Sequence record: NC_020079.1
Direction: 5' to 3' (one strand)
Origin: Escherichia phage phAPEC8
DNA: 64,000 bases
The notes under the pieces are model-generated. The model worked only from the letters and a program-made list of their open reading frames with translations, made no database searches and had not been told where the DNA came from. Numbering within the stretch: the stretch's first letter is position 1; every line of letters starts with the position of its first letter. This document shows, one piece after another, positions 19,479-29,729 of the stretch. A program made the position numbers and the translations under genes.

Positions 19479-19646
19479 TTATACTTCTAAACGGAAAGTT
19501 TCTTTAGATACAAAATCGTATCCACCTTTTTCAAGCCAATCGTTGTAAACCTCATCGGCTTGAGACTCTATCATAAAATACCGAGTGGTAACTTCGTCTC
19601 CGACAATACGCACAATTTTATAGCAAATCATGATACCATTTCCCAT
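19479..19646 (-). CDS. Small hypothetical protein (55 aa, below ORF-track cut-off)
   Basis: ATG preceded by GGAGGAAG; translation MGNGIMICYKIV...FRLEV; fills an otherwise non-coding gap. Confidence 0.3.
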   Translation of the reverse strand: MGNGIMICYKIVRIVGDEVTTRYFMIESQADEVYNDWLEKGGYDFVSKETFRLEV

Positions 19647-19837
19647 TAATCTTCCTCCAGATCAATTTCATTATAACAATGTATACAGAAACCATCATTG
19701 TGCATATGTTGTTCATAAGACATATCTTTACCACAAGACCAACAACGGATATCCCCATCGTCCCATTCACGTTCTTCTTCACCTTCAAATTCATCTGGTA
19801 GGTAAGGCATACCAAAATAATCTAAATCGTAACTCAT
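19646..19837 (-). CDS. Small zinc-ribbon protein
   Basis: Start chosen at internal ATG (MSYDL) preceded by AGGAGA; CWSCG...CIHC pairs; the longer track ORF would overlap the polymerase. Confidence 0.4.
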   Translation of the reverse strand: MSYDLDYFGMPYLPDEFEGEEEREWDDGDIRCWSCGKDMSYEQHMHNDGFCIHCYNEIDLEED

Positions 19838-19850
19838 ATCTTCTCCTATA

Positions 19851-19868
19851 AAGGGGCAGAAGCCCCTT
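19851..19868 (-). other. Intergenic hairpin after the DNA polymerase gene
   Basis: AAGGGGC-AGAA-GCCCCTT between polymerase stop and next RBS; no strong U-tract. Confidence 0.35.
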
Positions 19869-19886
19869 ATAAAACAATACGTTAGA

Positions 19887-22484
19887 TCAATGACAGGATG
19901 CCCAGGAATTACCCACATCATATCCGGCAGTAAGCTGAACATTAAGATTGTAAAATTCTCCAGCCTTAGTAACAGCTAAGGCAGCAAGTTCACCTGCCCG
20001 ACTATAGGCTGTAAACCATCCACCTTTGGGAGATTCATGAATGTTAGCCCAAATTTGTCCCGTCTCTTTTTCCTTATTATGCTTCCATTCTTCAACTTTA
20101 GCAAGGCATTCTTTATCAATTTTCTTTTGTTCTTCAGGATCGTCTACTTTCTTCCAACCTAACGATTCAGGTGAAAACCATTTGAATTCTACAAGGTTAC
20201 GAGAAACTTCAAGCTGGGCTTCATCGTGATATGCGATCATTTGTTGCACGAAGTCTTTATTCTTCCAGTCATCTTTAAAGAAGTCAACACTTAGTCCTTC
20301 TTCTTCGATCATGTCGTCATAAATAACCATTGCACGTTTAGCACAGATAACCCCACCACTTTGGAACAGAGAGTTAAGAATCGCGTGAGCAGAACGAGTA
20401 GGAACCTTACGACCGTCAATACCCAAAACATATTGTTTACCAGTCTTAACCCAGAAATCGTTTAAACGTTCTTTAAGACGCGCCAATGGGAATGCAGCTT
20501 CCCAGAAAGCATCGAACACCAATTGACCTGTAAACTTATCGCTACCAATTGTTTTAGCAACCTTGTCGGCTTGTGCACCATAGGTAATACCATACTTAAC
20601 AGATTTAGCAGGACTACGTTCAAATTTACGTCCAATAGTTTCAGTGATACGTTTTGCCATCATTGTGTGAACATCATTAGGTTTCTCTAACAGCAGAGCG
20701 TTACAATATTCGTGTGGCTCCGGCTCGTACCGCCAACAGTAGTGTGATTCAATTTTTGCTTCCAAAGAGTCGAAGTCGTAGCCGATCTGGAAGTATTTAG
20801 GAACCTCTACACCAAACAAGTTACGCATCTCCCATCCAAACAAAGATGTGACACGAGGAATATTAGCTACAGATCTATGCTTCATACGAGAGGTTGCAGC
20901 ATCACATGTAGCGGCTGGTGTAGGAATACGCCCATCCGCCCTTACTGCGGCTAAGAAACCTTTATCGTATTCTTGATCTTCTTCGTCTTCTTCCCAATCA
21001 GCACCGCCACCTAAAATAGAGTTCCTACGATGCTTATACGTTAAGTATTCTACAATCTGTGTAGCATAAGGGAATTTCTCACCCAAAGCTTGCAGGTTAG
21101 GACAGATTTCTTTTTCCTGACCTTTGGTAAAACATGGGTTAGTCAATACTTTAAGACCGCGACCTTTACCTTTTGCTATACGCTCTTGAATCTTCCTTTC
21201 CAAGGTTTCCGGTGTGCACTCCAGATGATCACAACGGTCCTGACAAAAATTAGAAGATAGAGTTTGCTCAACGTAAGCTCGAATACCTTTCTGAAGTTCT
21301 TCCTCGCTCTTTTTAATCTTGGTGCCAGATTTAAGAGTCAAGTCTTTATCTTTATATTCAGACGGTACCCAACCTAATCCTACAAGCCAGTTTTTAATAT
21401 GGGTTGTATCGTTCAATGTTGCAGGGATGTTAGGATCACACAGAGGCTCATCTGCTGCAACTGGCAGTTTCCACTCTTTCCCCAACATAACTAACCACCA
21501 ATCGCCATCCCTCTCTTCCAAATGACCATCATGTTTCTTAGCAAAATTGATCATATGGTTAGTTGGCTCTAAGTTCTTTTTAATTTGCAACTTAGGTGGA
21601 ATAAAAGCTTTAAGATAACCTTTTGTTGCTGGTTTAGGTGGCAAAATAGGCTCAACGAGTAAACGAAGACGCTCCATTTCTGCATCCAAAAAAGCAAGGT
21701 TCTCTTCTGCTTGTTTCATGTTAAAAGCAAACCCACGGTGTTCCTGGCGTGTAATAATGTCTGCTACACGTTGTTCAAGTTCAAATGGACCTTCCCATTT
21801 ATCATAATCACCCCATTCTTCCATAAGGTAATTATATACGCTCGTATTGGCTTTGTTGTCATAGATACAGTAATAAAGCATATCCGCAGCAAAAGTCTTA
21901 AATCGATCTTCTTCTGGAATCTCTTTACGGAAATCTATTTTTACATCACCACCTGCTTTTCGAGAAAGTGCTGCCAAGCTATGTCCTGATTTGCCCTCAA
22001 TCTTTCGATCTGGGTTTAACACTTTACTCAAAATCAAGGAGTCAATAAGTTTTACCTTATTTTTGCCCCACGTATTATATTTAACACTGTAATCTAATCC
22101 ATAAAACAGTTTTGTAGCCAACCAGTCGTAGTTGATACCGTTGTGAGCCACAGCCATTTCAACCAGATATTCAGGCTTGTCTTTAAAATAACCTTCATGA
22201 TTAATAAAATCTGGGAAATCTTTTAGTTGAAAATGTGTGTAATCTTGTGCCACATACTCTTTAAGAACATATGTGTATTTACCATCTGACTCTTCATAAG
22301 GACGCCCATCAAAGATGTATTTAGGGCCATCGTGGAAAGCTACTATTTCTCCTGTTTCATGGTTCTCTAAGACAATACAGTGCATTTGAAATGTGTCTTT
22401 GAGACGATAAGGACTAGCTAAATAATCAATAGTGTCATTATTCAACAATCCGTTTGCTTCAATATCCCATGTAAACTTACTCAC
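19887..22484 (-). CDS. Family A DNA polymerase, T7 gene 5-like
   Basis: 865 aa; N-terminal WDIEANGL (Exo I D-x-E); RSPAKSVKYGITYGAQ (motif B); IAYHDEAQLEV (motif C); C-terminus ...NSWASCH parallels T7 gp5 ...NWAICH. Confidence 0.85.
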   Translation of the reverse strand: MSKFTWDIEANGLLNNDTIDYLASPYRLKDTFQMHCIVLENHETGEIVAFHDGPKYIFDGRPYEESDGKYTYVLKEYVAQDYTHFQLKDFPDFINHEGYFKDKPEYLVEMAVAHNGINYDWLATKLFYGLDYSVKYNTWGKNKVKLIDSLILSKVLNPDRKIEGKSGHSLAALSRKAGGDVKIDFRKEIPEEDRFKTFAADMLYYCIYDNKANTSVYNYLMEEWGDYDKWEGPFELEQRVADIITRQEHRGFAFNMKQAEENLAFLDAEMERLRLLVEPILPPKPATKGYLKAFIPPKLQIKKNLEPTNHMINFAKKHDGHLEERDGDWWLVMLGKEWKLPVAADEPLCDPNIPATLNDTTHIKNWLVGLGWVPSEYKDKDLTLKSGTKIKKSEEELQKGIRAYVEQTLSSNFCQDRCDHLECTPETLERKIQERIAKGKGRGLKVLTNPCFTKGQEKEICPNLQALGEKFPYATQIVEYLTYKHRRNSILGGGADWEEDEEDQEYDKGFLAAVRADGRIPTPAATCDAATSRMKHRSVANIPRVTSLFGWEMRNLFGVEVPKYFQIGYDFDSLEAKIESHYCWRYEPEPHEYCNALLLEKPNDVHTMMAKRITETIGRKFERSPAKSVKYGITYGAQADKVAKTIGSDKFTGQLVFDAFWEAAFPLARLKERLNDFWVKTGKQYVLGIDGRKVPTRSAHAILNSLFQSGGVICAKRAMVIYDDMIEEEGLSVDFFKDDWKNKDFVQQMIAYHDEAQLEVSRNLVEFKWFSPESLGWKKVDDPEEQKKIDKECLAKVEEWKHNKEKETGQIWANIHESPKGGWFTAYSRAGELAALAVTKAGEFYNLNVQLTAGYDVGNSWASCH

Positions 22485-23278
22485 TATCCCTCCTTTCTAA
22501 TGTTCTCCAGAACCCACTGAAGTTCTTTTAAACTTAAACTTCTTACTCCCGCAGTTTTACTAGCTTCAGCTTTAAGTAACGGGTAAGCCTCAATGATACG
22601 CGTTTTAAGATCAGAAGTCAAGGCTTTTAAAAAATAGGTAGATGCTTCAGATAAAGAATCCTCTTCTGATAACACTTTACCTGCACTTGCTCCCGCTCTC
22701 CTAACGGCTATGTCGTAGTCTTTACTGTTGCCTAATACGAATAGTCGATTTTCTCCTAAAACAACGGGAGAACGCTTCTCGTTGCGTTTAATCCATATCT
22801 GGAATACACAAGGAACATCCCAAGGTTCTCCATGAAGAATAAAAGATCCTTTTGGACATTCTTCTTCGTAAAGAAGATGCATGTGGGGATTTAGTTTGTG
22901 TGCAAAAAAGATTTTTTGAAATGTGCGAGGCAAGATAAAACAAATACCACCTTCGTTATCCAGCATTTCAGCACAATGGTTAAAGAATTTAATGGCAAGA
23001 CTAGCATTTTTTCCAAACGGAGGATTACCGACAAAAGCAGTTACACTGCCAACAGACTCAACAGATTGAGCTAAAAAATCTGCCTCAATACAATCTTCAA
23101 ACTTAGGGTCAATATCAAAAGAAGTTATGTTTTTAAAACAAGAAGAGAAAGCTCCTTCTCCCGCAGATGGTTCTACGTAGTTAGCTTCCTCTCCAAAAAT
23201 TTCTTTGATCTTATCACATAAGAACCCCGCATAAGCGGGGTTAGTGTAATATTGATCAAGTGTGTTCAACTTGCTCAA
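22484..23278 (-). CDS. N6-adenine methyltransferase (probably DNA)
   Basis: 264 aa; EPSAGEGAF (AdoMet-binding motif I) and GNPPFG (NPPF catalytic motif IV). Confidence 0.6.
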   Translation of the reverse strand: MSKLNTLDQYYTNPAYAGFLCDKIKEIFGEEANYVEPSAGEGAFSSCFKNITSFDIDPKFEDCIEADFLAQSVESVGSVTAFVGNPPFGKNASLAIKFFNHCAEMLDNEGGICFILPRTFQKIFFAHKLNPHMHLLYEEECPKGSFILHGEPWDVPCVFQIWIKRNEKRSPVVLGENRLFVLGNSKDYDIAVRRAGASAGKVLSEEDSLSEASTYFLKALTSDLKTRIIEAYPLLKAEASKTAGVRSLSLKELQWVLENIRKEG

Positions 23279-23287
23279 TAGTCCTCC

Positions 23288-23719
23288 TTAGTTGTTAGCG
23301 AACTCAATAGTGAGGTCAACTTTACCATCGTCAGAAATAACCATGTTTTTGGTATTTTTAAAGATGATATCTACTTTACCTTCACTTACACGACAGAATG
23401 CAACACCATCTGCAACTTTATCGATATAATATTTGTAAGAAAGAATACCCACTTTACTACGACCAGCACCTTTTGTGAAAGAAGGGCTTACATCGAAACG
23501 GAAACCTTTAGAAGAAACAACACGGTAAGAACGTCCAGTTGGAAGATGTTCAATAACAGAGACATTATTCTCAACAACTTTTACAGCAAACTCTTCAGGA
23601 TGATCCTCAACAATCATATGTGGGATGGCAAATGCCAACGCTTGTTTGTGTTTAATAACACCAGCACCCAGAGCACCAGCAGCTTTAACTTTTGCATTCA
23701 GATCGATTGTCATACGCAT
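23288..23719 (-). CDS. Hypothetical protein
   Basis: 143 aa ORF between primase-helicase and methyltransferase. Confidence 0.35.
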   Translation of the reverse strand: MRMTIDLNAKVKAAGALGAGVIKHKQALAFAIPHMIVEDHPEEFAVKVVENNVSVIEHLPTGRSYRVVSSKGFRFDVSPSFTKGAGRSKVGILSYKYYIDKVADGVAFCRVSEGKVDIIFKNTKNMVISDDGKVDLTIEFANN

Positions 23720-23797
23720 TTTTACTTCTCCTCTTGTTTGGTTGATGAGACAAGTATAAGTCTCTTCCGTAAAGTTGTCAACAGGTATTTTTAATAA

Positions 23798-23813
23798 AAG
23801 GGCCGAAGCCCTT
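23798..23813 (-). other. Hairpin at the primase-helicase stop
   Basis: AAGGGC-CGAA-GCCCTT overlapping the stop codon. Confidence 0.35.
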
Positions 23814-25590
23814 AATAGTTGCTATCCGTAGGCAAATTAGCAGGATTGTTGAAATACTGCTCTTTGTCATGCAGAGTTGCAGTTCTAATGTCATAGTAAA
23901 ACTGCCCTGCCGGACCAGTTTCTGAGAACTCACGGTTTTTTAGGATAAAGCAATGAGTCGTATTGCGTTCTACAGGGTCTTCAGCGGCTTTATCTCGTTC
24001 CAAAGCCAAGGTAATACCAGCACCTTTAGCCAAGAAACTACTACCCATTGCATCGTCCTCTGTTAAGTGTTCATTGCCACCATTAGCCGATTTCTTAACG
24101 TGTGAGATGACAATAATAGTTATAGCATACTCTTTCATGATGCGCTTCAACCATGTTGCTAACTCTTCCTGGGCTTGAACATCCATACCAGAAAGCAAAT
24201 CAGAATAAGGGTCGATAACAAGAATTGTTACTCCAAAATAGATGATCATCTCCAAAACTTTTTCTTTGATAGACTCCACATCTGCTCCACGATCATCACA
24301 CACATAAAAACGTGGTGATCCATCTTCTCTTTCGTAAAAATCTAGGATTTTTTCTTTATTCTCTTCCAAGATTTGAAATTTCTCTTCCGGTGTTTTCCTG
24401 TGTAGAGGAATATGCAGGAACGAGGACAACAGGTTACGAGAATATTTCTTATAAGTTGCTTCCAAGGACAGAATACCTAGGGTATGTTCTGGGTGCGCAA
24501 CAATAATATGTTTGGTGATCTCGTTCACCATCAAAGTTTTACCGATACTGGTCTTTGCCAGGATAACTGTAATCTCTTCCTCTACTAAACCACCACCCAG
24601 CATATTTGCAGCAACACGCATAAAAGGAGGCAAGGTAATCATCTTGGATTCCAAGCATTCTAATGCAGCTTCATACAAGACATTAGAAGCATAAACACCT
24701 GCTGGGGTGTATAGACGAGCACTCCAAAAAGCTTTTACGAAATCTTTTGCACGACCTTCTTCCAGATACTGATTGGCATCCTTAAGATCCATCTGCATAC
24801 GGTAGACTTTGTTACGAGGCAACACCTTAACAATATTTTCAAATGCCTCATTACCTGCTTTGTCATTATCCATGCAAACAATAATCTTCTTAAATTTTTC
24901 AAAGAAAGGATATTGTGCCTGAACTTGTTTATACATACTGGTTTCACCAGTTGTGCCACTAACTACTGCTGGAAGTTCATATTTGTTGTCCAAGTTTTCA
25001 GACAGCATTTGATAAGCTGCCAGAGCATCGTGTTCACCACCTGTAATTACCACAGTATGAGAACGGTCTGCAAAACGAATTTGTCCAAAAAGATCTACAT
25101 CTTTACCTACTTGACCAATAGGTTTACTGAAATCTTTAGGATGAATACGACGCTTAAAACCAACCAATTCTTTACCGATAGTAGTTGGATATAAACAACT
25201 TTCTACTACCATCTGATCCCCTTCCTGGCGGTATTCATAACGAACACCATAGAAAGATGAAACTTTTTCTTTAATGCCTCGATAACCACGTGGGTTGGTT
25301 GATGTTTCTTGAACAATTTTACGATGAATCTGTTTATTAAATTCCGAACCCACAATCTCCTCCTCTTCTTCTAAAACTTCACCATTTTCTCGTAACCATT
25401 CTACGCTAGGAATAGTGTATTCACACGCAAAGCACTTAGCACCTTTATGCTCTCCATTAGAATCTAATCCATAAACCATCAGGTTATTACGAGAGCGATC
25501 CTTGCCATTTTTCATGCAGCGCGGACAACCTGTATGTCCTTCCTTGCTAAGATCAACATCAAATCCATATTTAGTTATAATGTGCGACAC
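23812..25590 (-). CDS. Bifunctional primase-helicase, T7 gp4-like
   Basis: 592 aa; N-terminal Cys4 zinc ribbon (CPRC...CFAC); central primase region; C-terminal DnaB-like helicase with Walker A-like AKTSIGKT. Confidence 0.75.
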   Translation of the reverse strand: MSHIITKYGFDVDLSKEGHTGCPRCMKNGKDRSRNNLMVYGLDSNGEHKGAKCFACEYTIPSVEWLRENGEVLEEEEEIVGSEFNKQIHRKIVQETSTNPRGYRGIKEKVSSFYGVRYEYRQEGDQMVVESCLYPTTIGKELVGFKRRIHPKDFSKPIGQVGKDVDLFGQIRFADRSHTVVITGGEHDALAAYQMLSENLDNKYELPAVVSGTTGETSMYKQVQAQYPFFEKFKKIIVCMDNDKAGNEAFENIVKVLPRNKVYRMQMDLKDANQYLEEGRAKDFVKAFWSARLYTPAGVYASNVLYEAALECLESKMITLPPFMRVAANMLGGGLVEEEITVILAKTSIGKTLMVNEITKHIIVAHPEHTLGILSLEATYKKYSRNLLSSFLHIPLHRKTPEEKFQILEENKEKILDFYEREDGSPRFYVCDDRGADVESIKEKVLEMIIYFGVTILVIDPYSDLLSGMDVQAQEELATWLKRIMKEYAITIIVISHVKKSANGGNEHLTEDDAMGSSFLAKGAGITLALERDKAAEDPVERNTTHCFILKNREFSETGPAGQFYYDIRTATLHDKEQYFNNPANLPTDSNY

Positions 25591-25602
25591 TTTGTTCTCC
25601 TG

Positions 25603-25881
25603 TTAAAATGGTTCGTTAGTCTCCATCATATATTCTGCTTCTAGTTCTTCCATATGCTTTCTAAATTGGAAAGCAATTTCTGCTACAGTTACATTTAAAT
25701 CTTTTTCAAAAACTTCTGTAGAGCCTTCATAAAAACGAATACCGTCAATTAAAAGCCCTCCGTGGTAATCCCAATCACTTTCACGAGAAAGCGGGTTAGG
25801 CTCTTCATAATAGTAATCCACCTCCACGACTAAAGCTTTCCCGTTACGAGCGGTGTATTCAAAATCAAAAGTGTTAATCAT
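25603..25881 (-). CDS. Hypothetical protein
   Basis: 92 aa, start-overlapping the upstream gene. Confidence 0.35.
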   Translation of the reverse strand: MINTFDFEYTARNGKALVVEVDYYYEEPNPLSRESDWDYHGGLLIDGIRFYEGSTEVFEKDLNVTVAEIAFQFRKHMEELEAEYMMETNEPF

Positions 25882-26825
25882 TATAGCTCCTCAAATAAAA
25901 GTCTACGACGCTCATTCAACACATCAATGTGATAATGAGTCCTGACATACTTAGCTAATGCTAATCCTTTCTCCATGCAAACATCGGGAGCACTTAATAA
26001 GTATTCCGTAATATCTTTCCACTCGGAAGGTGTTTCAGCAAAGAATAACAAATCTTTAAACTCTTGTGTATGATAATTCTCACGAGGAGAACAGATCAAA
26101 GGTAAACCCTTAGCACCTGCCTCAAGAATTTTAAGATTGCTTTTTGCATTATTAAACACGTTATCAATCAATGGCGCAAGACTGATTTGATGACCATCGT
26201 AAGATTCCATGTAGTTGGCATATGGTCTTACACCTTCATAAACACAAGTTGGTGCTACATTTTCTCTGATTACAGACCATTCACGACTACTTAAAACTTC
26301 AGAATCCCTACGAAAACCACATATTGTAAGATCTTTACCAAAATCGGGCAAGATAGCCAAGTCTTGTTTATGTGTTTCACTTCCAGCCCAGACTAATGGA
26401 GTTTTGGAGTAGCGATCACGGGTCAACACAAATTGACCTTCATCGTAAGGAAGTCCATTAGGGATTATGTGCACATTATCATTGTATTGTGAAAGTTCAA
26501 CTTGCAAAGCAGGTGTCGTAGTTGTAACGAGATCGCTGTGCTCTAAAAACCATTTTAAATGTTCACGAATACCTGATTCAAAAATACCTTCTAACATGTG
26601 TCCTTTTGGAATAACTAAAGAGTCATCCAAATCCATAACCATTTTAAAGCCTAGGTTTTTAAGGGCTAAAAAGCCCTCTTTACCTTTTGTTGGCACCCCG
26701 TTAAAAACGAAAACGTTGTGTTTAGGTTGTGAAGAGAACTGCCTTGAGTAAGGCAGCACTACTCTATGGAAATCGCAGACACTATAATTGATTCCGTTAC
26801 GATTGTCAAGAATTATTTGTCCCAT
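25881..26825 (-). CDS. GT-B fold glycosyltransferase (group 1-like), paralog 1
   Basis: 314 aa; C-terminal KILEAGAKGLPLICS resembles the group-1 donor-binding motif; paralogous to the next gene. Confidence 0.5.
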   Translation of the reverse strand: MGQIILDNRNGINYSVCDFHRVVLPYSRQFSSQPKHNVFVFNGVPTKGKEGFLALKNLGFKMVMDLDDSLVIPKGHMLEGIFESGIREHLKWFLEHSDLVTTTTPALQVELSQYNDNVHIIPNGLPYDEGQFVLTRDRYSKTPLVWAGSETHKQDLAILPDFGKDLTICGFRRDSEVLSSREWSVIRENVAPTCVYEGVRPYANYMESYDGHQISLAPLIDNVFNNAKSNLKILEAGAKGLPLICSPRENYHTQEFKDLLFFAETPSEWKDITEYLLSAPDVCMEKGLALAKYVRTHYHIDVLNERRRLLFEEL

Positions 26826-26832
26826 ACTTCAC

Positions 26833-27783
26833 CTACAAACTTTCAATAACCTGGCGTCGCAACTCGTTTGCATCTGCCAGATTATAATGTGTTCGAACAT
26901 GTTCAGCCAAGAACAAGCCACGATCTTCCCGATAGTTTGGATTGCGAAGAAGCTTAACAATTTCGTAATGCCATTCTGCTTTATTCTCTGCGTAAGCAAC
27001 AGCGCGAGCATCTACAGGGTTAAAATAAGGTAATACCTTAGAACAAACAATTGGAATACCTTTTGCTCCAGCTTCCAGGATTTTGAGATTACTTTTACAA
27101 TTATTAAAATCGTTATCTACCAAAGGAGCTATAGCAATAGCATGACTTTCGTAAACACTCATGTAATTATCTAAATCTTTTACAGCGGCTTTATATTTGG
27201 CATTTGGTAAATTTCTGCGAATCTTAATCCACTCTTGTCCTGTGATGCTTTGTGATGCTTCATATCCCGCAATAGTAAGAAGTTCATCATCGAAAGTATT
27301 AGAGACTAGTCGTAAATCGGGTTCGTGACTAGCACCGCCAGCCCATACAACAGGGGTACCGGATGAACGATCATTTGACAAAGTGAATTGTCCGCTATCA
27401 AAAGGAAGTGCATTTCGGATCACAACAACATTCCTATTTAAGTGGCGGATCTTATATGCCAAATATTCCGTAGTCACAATAACCACATCAGCAAGCTTAA
27501 CCATAGCTACAATAGCATGAGTGTTTGACTCGTATAGACTTGCTAAATAATGTTCTGGATTGAGTTGGTAGAAATCATCTAAATCTACAACAATCTTAAC
27601 ACCTTGACGTTTCAAAGATAAAACGTATTCTGCACCTTTAGAGTGGATACGGTTAAACACAACAACATCTTTCTTAGGTTGAATATTATTGTTGTTAAAG
27701 GGCATAACAATACGATGATAGTCACAACCGCTATGAGGTTTTGCATCAATTTTTAGTTTAGACCATTTTTTTTTATTTGACAT
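26833..27783 (-). CDS. GT-B fold glycosyltransferase (group 1-like), paralog 2
   Basis: 316 aa; KILEAGAKGIPIVCS; shared CD(F/Y)HR(V/I)V, VWAG, NxxxNxKSNLKILEAGAKG blocks with paralog 1. Confidence 0.5.
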   Translation of the reverse strand: MSNKKKWSKLKIDAKPHSGCDYHRIVMPFNNNNIQPKKDVVVFNRIHSKGAEYVLSLKRQGVKIVVDLDDFYQLNPEHYLASLYESNTHAIVAMVKLADVVIVTTEYLAYKIRHLNRNVVVIRNALPFDSGQFTLSNDRSSGTPVVWAGGASHEPDLRLVSNTFDDELLTIAGYEASQSITGQEWIKIRRNLPNAKYKAAVKDLDNYMSVYESHAIAIAPLVDNDFNNCKSNLKILEAGAKGIPIVCSKVLPYFNPVDARAVAYAENKAEWHYEIVKLLRNPNYREDRGLFLAEHVRTHYNLADANELRRQVIESL

Positions 27784-28456
27784 GTGCTAGTGCCTCCTCA
27801 TAGGAAATTCGGATTTTCCCATTTTTAATATCCTCTAAAGATGCTTTATATTCTTCCCAGTTAATCCCAATAGCAGCTTCTTTCTCTTCTTTTGTCAGAT
27901 TAGCAAAAGGCATAGGATTGTTTCCAAAAACATCGTCTGGGTGGATATAAGCCATGATACGAAGTGGACAAGGTGTTGCCTGAATACCATGATTCAAACC
28001 AGCAGCTTGCAAACGGTGTCCCCATTCAGCATCTTCAAAACCATAACCGTGAGTGTAAGGACGGAAATAACCCATCTTCTCAACAACGGCACGAGAATAC
28101 ATTGCAAATTGACACATTGCAAGTTCCCAGAGAATAACTTCTCCTTTGCTTCCAACAACTTTATCTTTGAAATACTCCGGCATACCAAAGAAATCCCATC
28201 CTCCAGAGACAGCTTGATCTACAAAGTATGTTTCCCATCCCTCCATGACTGGGTAGCAATCGTCGTCAAAAATAAACCAATAATCATAACCTTCTTCATA
28301 AAACTGGTGCATAAGTTCATTCCTGGCATAAGCTACACCTTTACGATCTGGATCGTTGAATACTCGAAAATCTGCACGTGGATCTGTTACAAGGTAGTCT
28401 TTAAGTGGACGGACACCTACAGTGATAACACCCACTCCGATTTTAATATTTTCCAT
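27773..28456 (-). CDS. GT-A fold (family 2-like) glycosyltransferase
   Basis: 227 aa; FIFDDDCYP (DxD) and GYGFEDAEWGHR (GT2-type ED motif). Confidence 0.5.
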   Translation of the reverse strand: MENIKIGVGVITVGVRPLKDYLVTDPRADFRVFNDPDRKGVAYARNELMHQFYEEGYDYWFIFDDDCYPVMEGWETYFVDQAVSGGWDFFGMPEYFKDKVVGSKGEVILWELAMCQFAMYSRAVVEKMGYFRPYTHGYGFEDAEWGHRLQAAGLNHGIQATPCPLRIMAYIHPDDVFGNNPMPFANLTKEEKEAAIGINWEEYKASLEDIKNGKIRISYEEALAHVK

Positions 28457-28464
28457 TTTCTCTC

Positions 28465-29028
28465 CTAAATAGTTTTACTGTGATCATGACAGTGTAATAA
28501 ATGATGTATAGACCGTTGAGGATTTGTTTGACCTAATCTGTAAATGTGAAACAGATACATTCCCCGCATCAATCCTAACCTCTTTCCTTTTTCATGTAAA
28601 GTGCGAGAGAAAATTAAGTCGAATTGGATAGATTTTTCTTCGAAAGGAATTTCATTCCACAATGATTTTCTAAAAAGCAAAAAGAAACCTGCCAGAGGTG
28701 TTCCGAAAGGAACTTCTTCAACATTTACTTTATGATATTCTCTTGCAATCTTAGCATATTCTATATGGTTTAGAATATCGGGATCATCGTTAATTTGGTT
28801 AGAGAAAAGCTGATAACCACTACCTAACCTGTTACAAGTTGCACCTATTACATCAAAAGGCGGGTTTGACATAACAAGCTCTTCAAGCATAGATGGTTGA
28901 TCAGGTAGGAGGAACATTGTATCGGTATCTCTTAAACACACCCAACTATCATCTGGAAGAACGGCAATGGCTTCATTGATAGCCTTGCCGATATTTCCTG
29001 TCAGATAGGGAGTAATATAATAAATCAT
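28465..29028 (-). CDS. Possible small GT-A-like transferase
   Basis: 187 aa; N-terminal beta-strand then DDSWVCLRDTDTMF (D-x-D like); co-operonic with three glycosyltransferases. Confidence 0.3.
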   Translation of the reverse strand: MIYYITPYLTGNIGKAINEAIAVLPDDSWVCLRDTDTMFLLPDQPSMLEELVMSNPPFDVIGATCNRLGSGYQLFSNQINDDPDILNHIEYAKIAREYHKVNVEEVPFGTPLAGFFLLFRKSLWNEIPFEEKSIQFDLIFSRTLHEKGKRLGLMRGMYLFHIYRLGQTNPQRSIHHLLHCHDHSKTI

Positions 29029-29044
29029 TCTCCCCTCCGTTATA

Positions 29045-29236
29045 TTAACTGTCGGCTACAATCCCGCGTTTAATCATTTCCTGTTGGATTTGGATGACAC
29101 GATCTCGTGCTTCCATGTATTCTTTAAAAGATTCTTGAAGATGGTCACGAGCTACGTCTCGTAGCTTAATCAGTTTGTCGTTTGTCACTTCTTGAAGAGA
29201 GATTTCGCCAGTTTCATTGGTCCCAAGCGTTTTCAT
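29045..29236 (-). CDS. Hypothetical protein
   Basis: 63 aa ORF in operon context. Confidence 0.3.
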   Translation of the reverse strand: MKTLGTNETGEISLQEVTNDKLIKLRDVARDHLQESFKEYMEARDRVIQIQQEMIKRGIVADS

Positions 29237-29444
29237 TTACAACCTCCTTAATAGCTACTGCACAGTTCTTACAAATACATTGACCTTTGTTCTTAGAAAT
29301 TTCAATGTAAGGTTCATTTTCGTTTTCTCCGCGTCGTGAGTCGTATATTACTGTATTGAAGCAGACAACGCAAATGTTTTTAATAACGACATATTTTTGC
29401 ACTTTCTGTTTAGTGCGAAAATTGACTTCAATGACTTCTCCCAT
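29214..29444 (-). CDS. Small zinc-ribbon protein
   Basis: Start placed at internal ATG (MGEVIEVNF) with RBS GGGGAG and ATGA coupling; CVVC...CKNC. Confidence 0.35.
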   Translation of the reverse strand: MGEVIEVNFRTKQKVQKYVVIKNICVVCFNTVIYDSRRGENENEPYIEISKNKGQCICKNCAVAIKEVVNENAWDQ

Positions 29445-29728
29445 CAATGAATCTCCCCTAAAATGTTGTTTTGAGACATTACTGCGGAGCATTCTACAGC
29501 ATCATGAGTCCTTGCAAAACGCTCCCACAACACAGCATCTACTTTAAGAACCATACAAGGATAAATACTGTCGTTGATCATGTCAATGCTATATTTATCT
29601 ACATCCTTTTCATCTTCCATAAACAAAGTAGCGTATGCTTCTAAATGCTTACGGGTGTAGTATACATCCTCTTCAGTAAGACCGACAACCAGGTAACTTG
29701 CTACAACAACAGTATTATCTTCTTGCAT
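29444..29728 (-). CDS. Hypothetical protein
   Basis: Start placed at internal ATG (MQEDNTVVV) with RBS AGGGGAG. Confidence 0.3.
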   Translation of the reverse strand: MQEDNTVVVASYLVVGLTEEDVYYTRKHLEAYATLFMEDEKDVDKYSIDMINDSIYPCMVLKVDAVLWERFARTHDAVECSAVMSQNNILGEIH

Positions 29729-29729
29729 T

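Noticed and set aside
27941-28468. 175 aa + strand ORF overlapping the GT2-like gene
   Set aside because: Antisense to a gene with clear DxD and ED glycosyltransferase motifs; no RBS.
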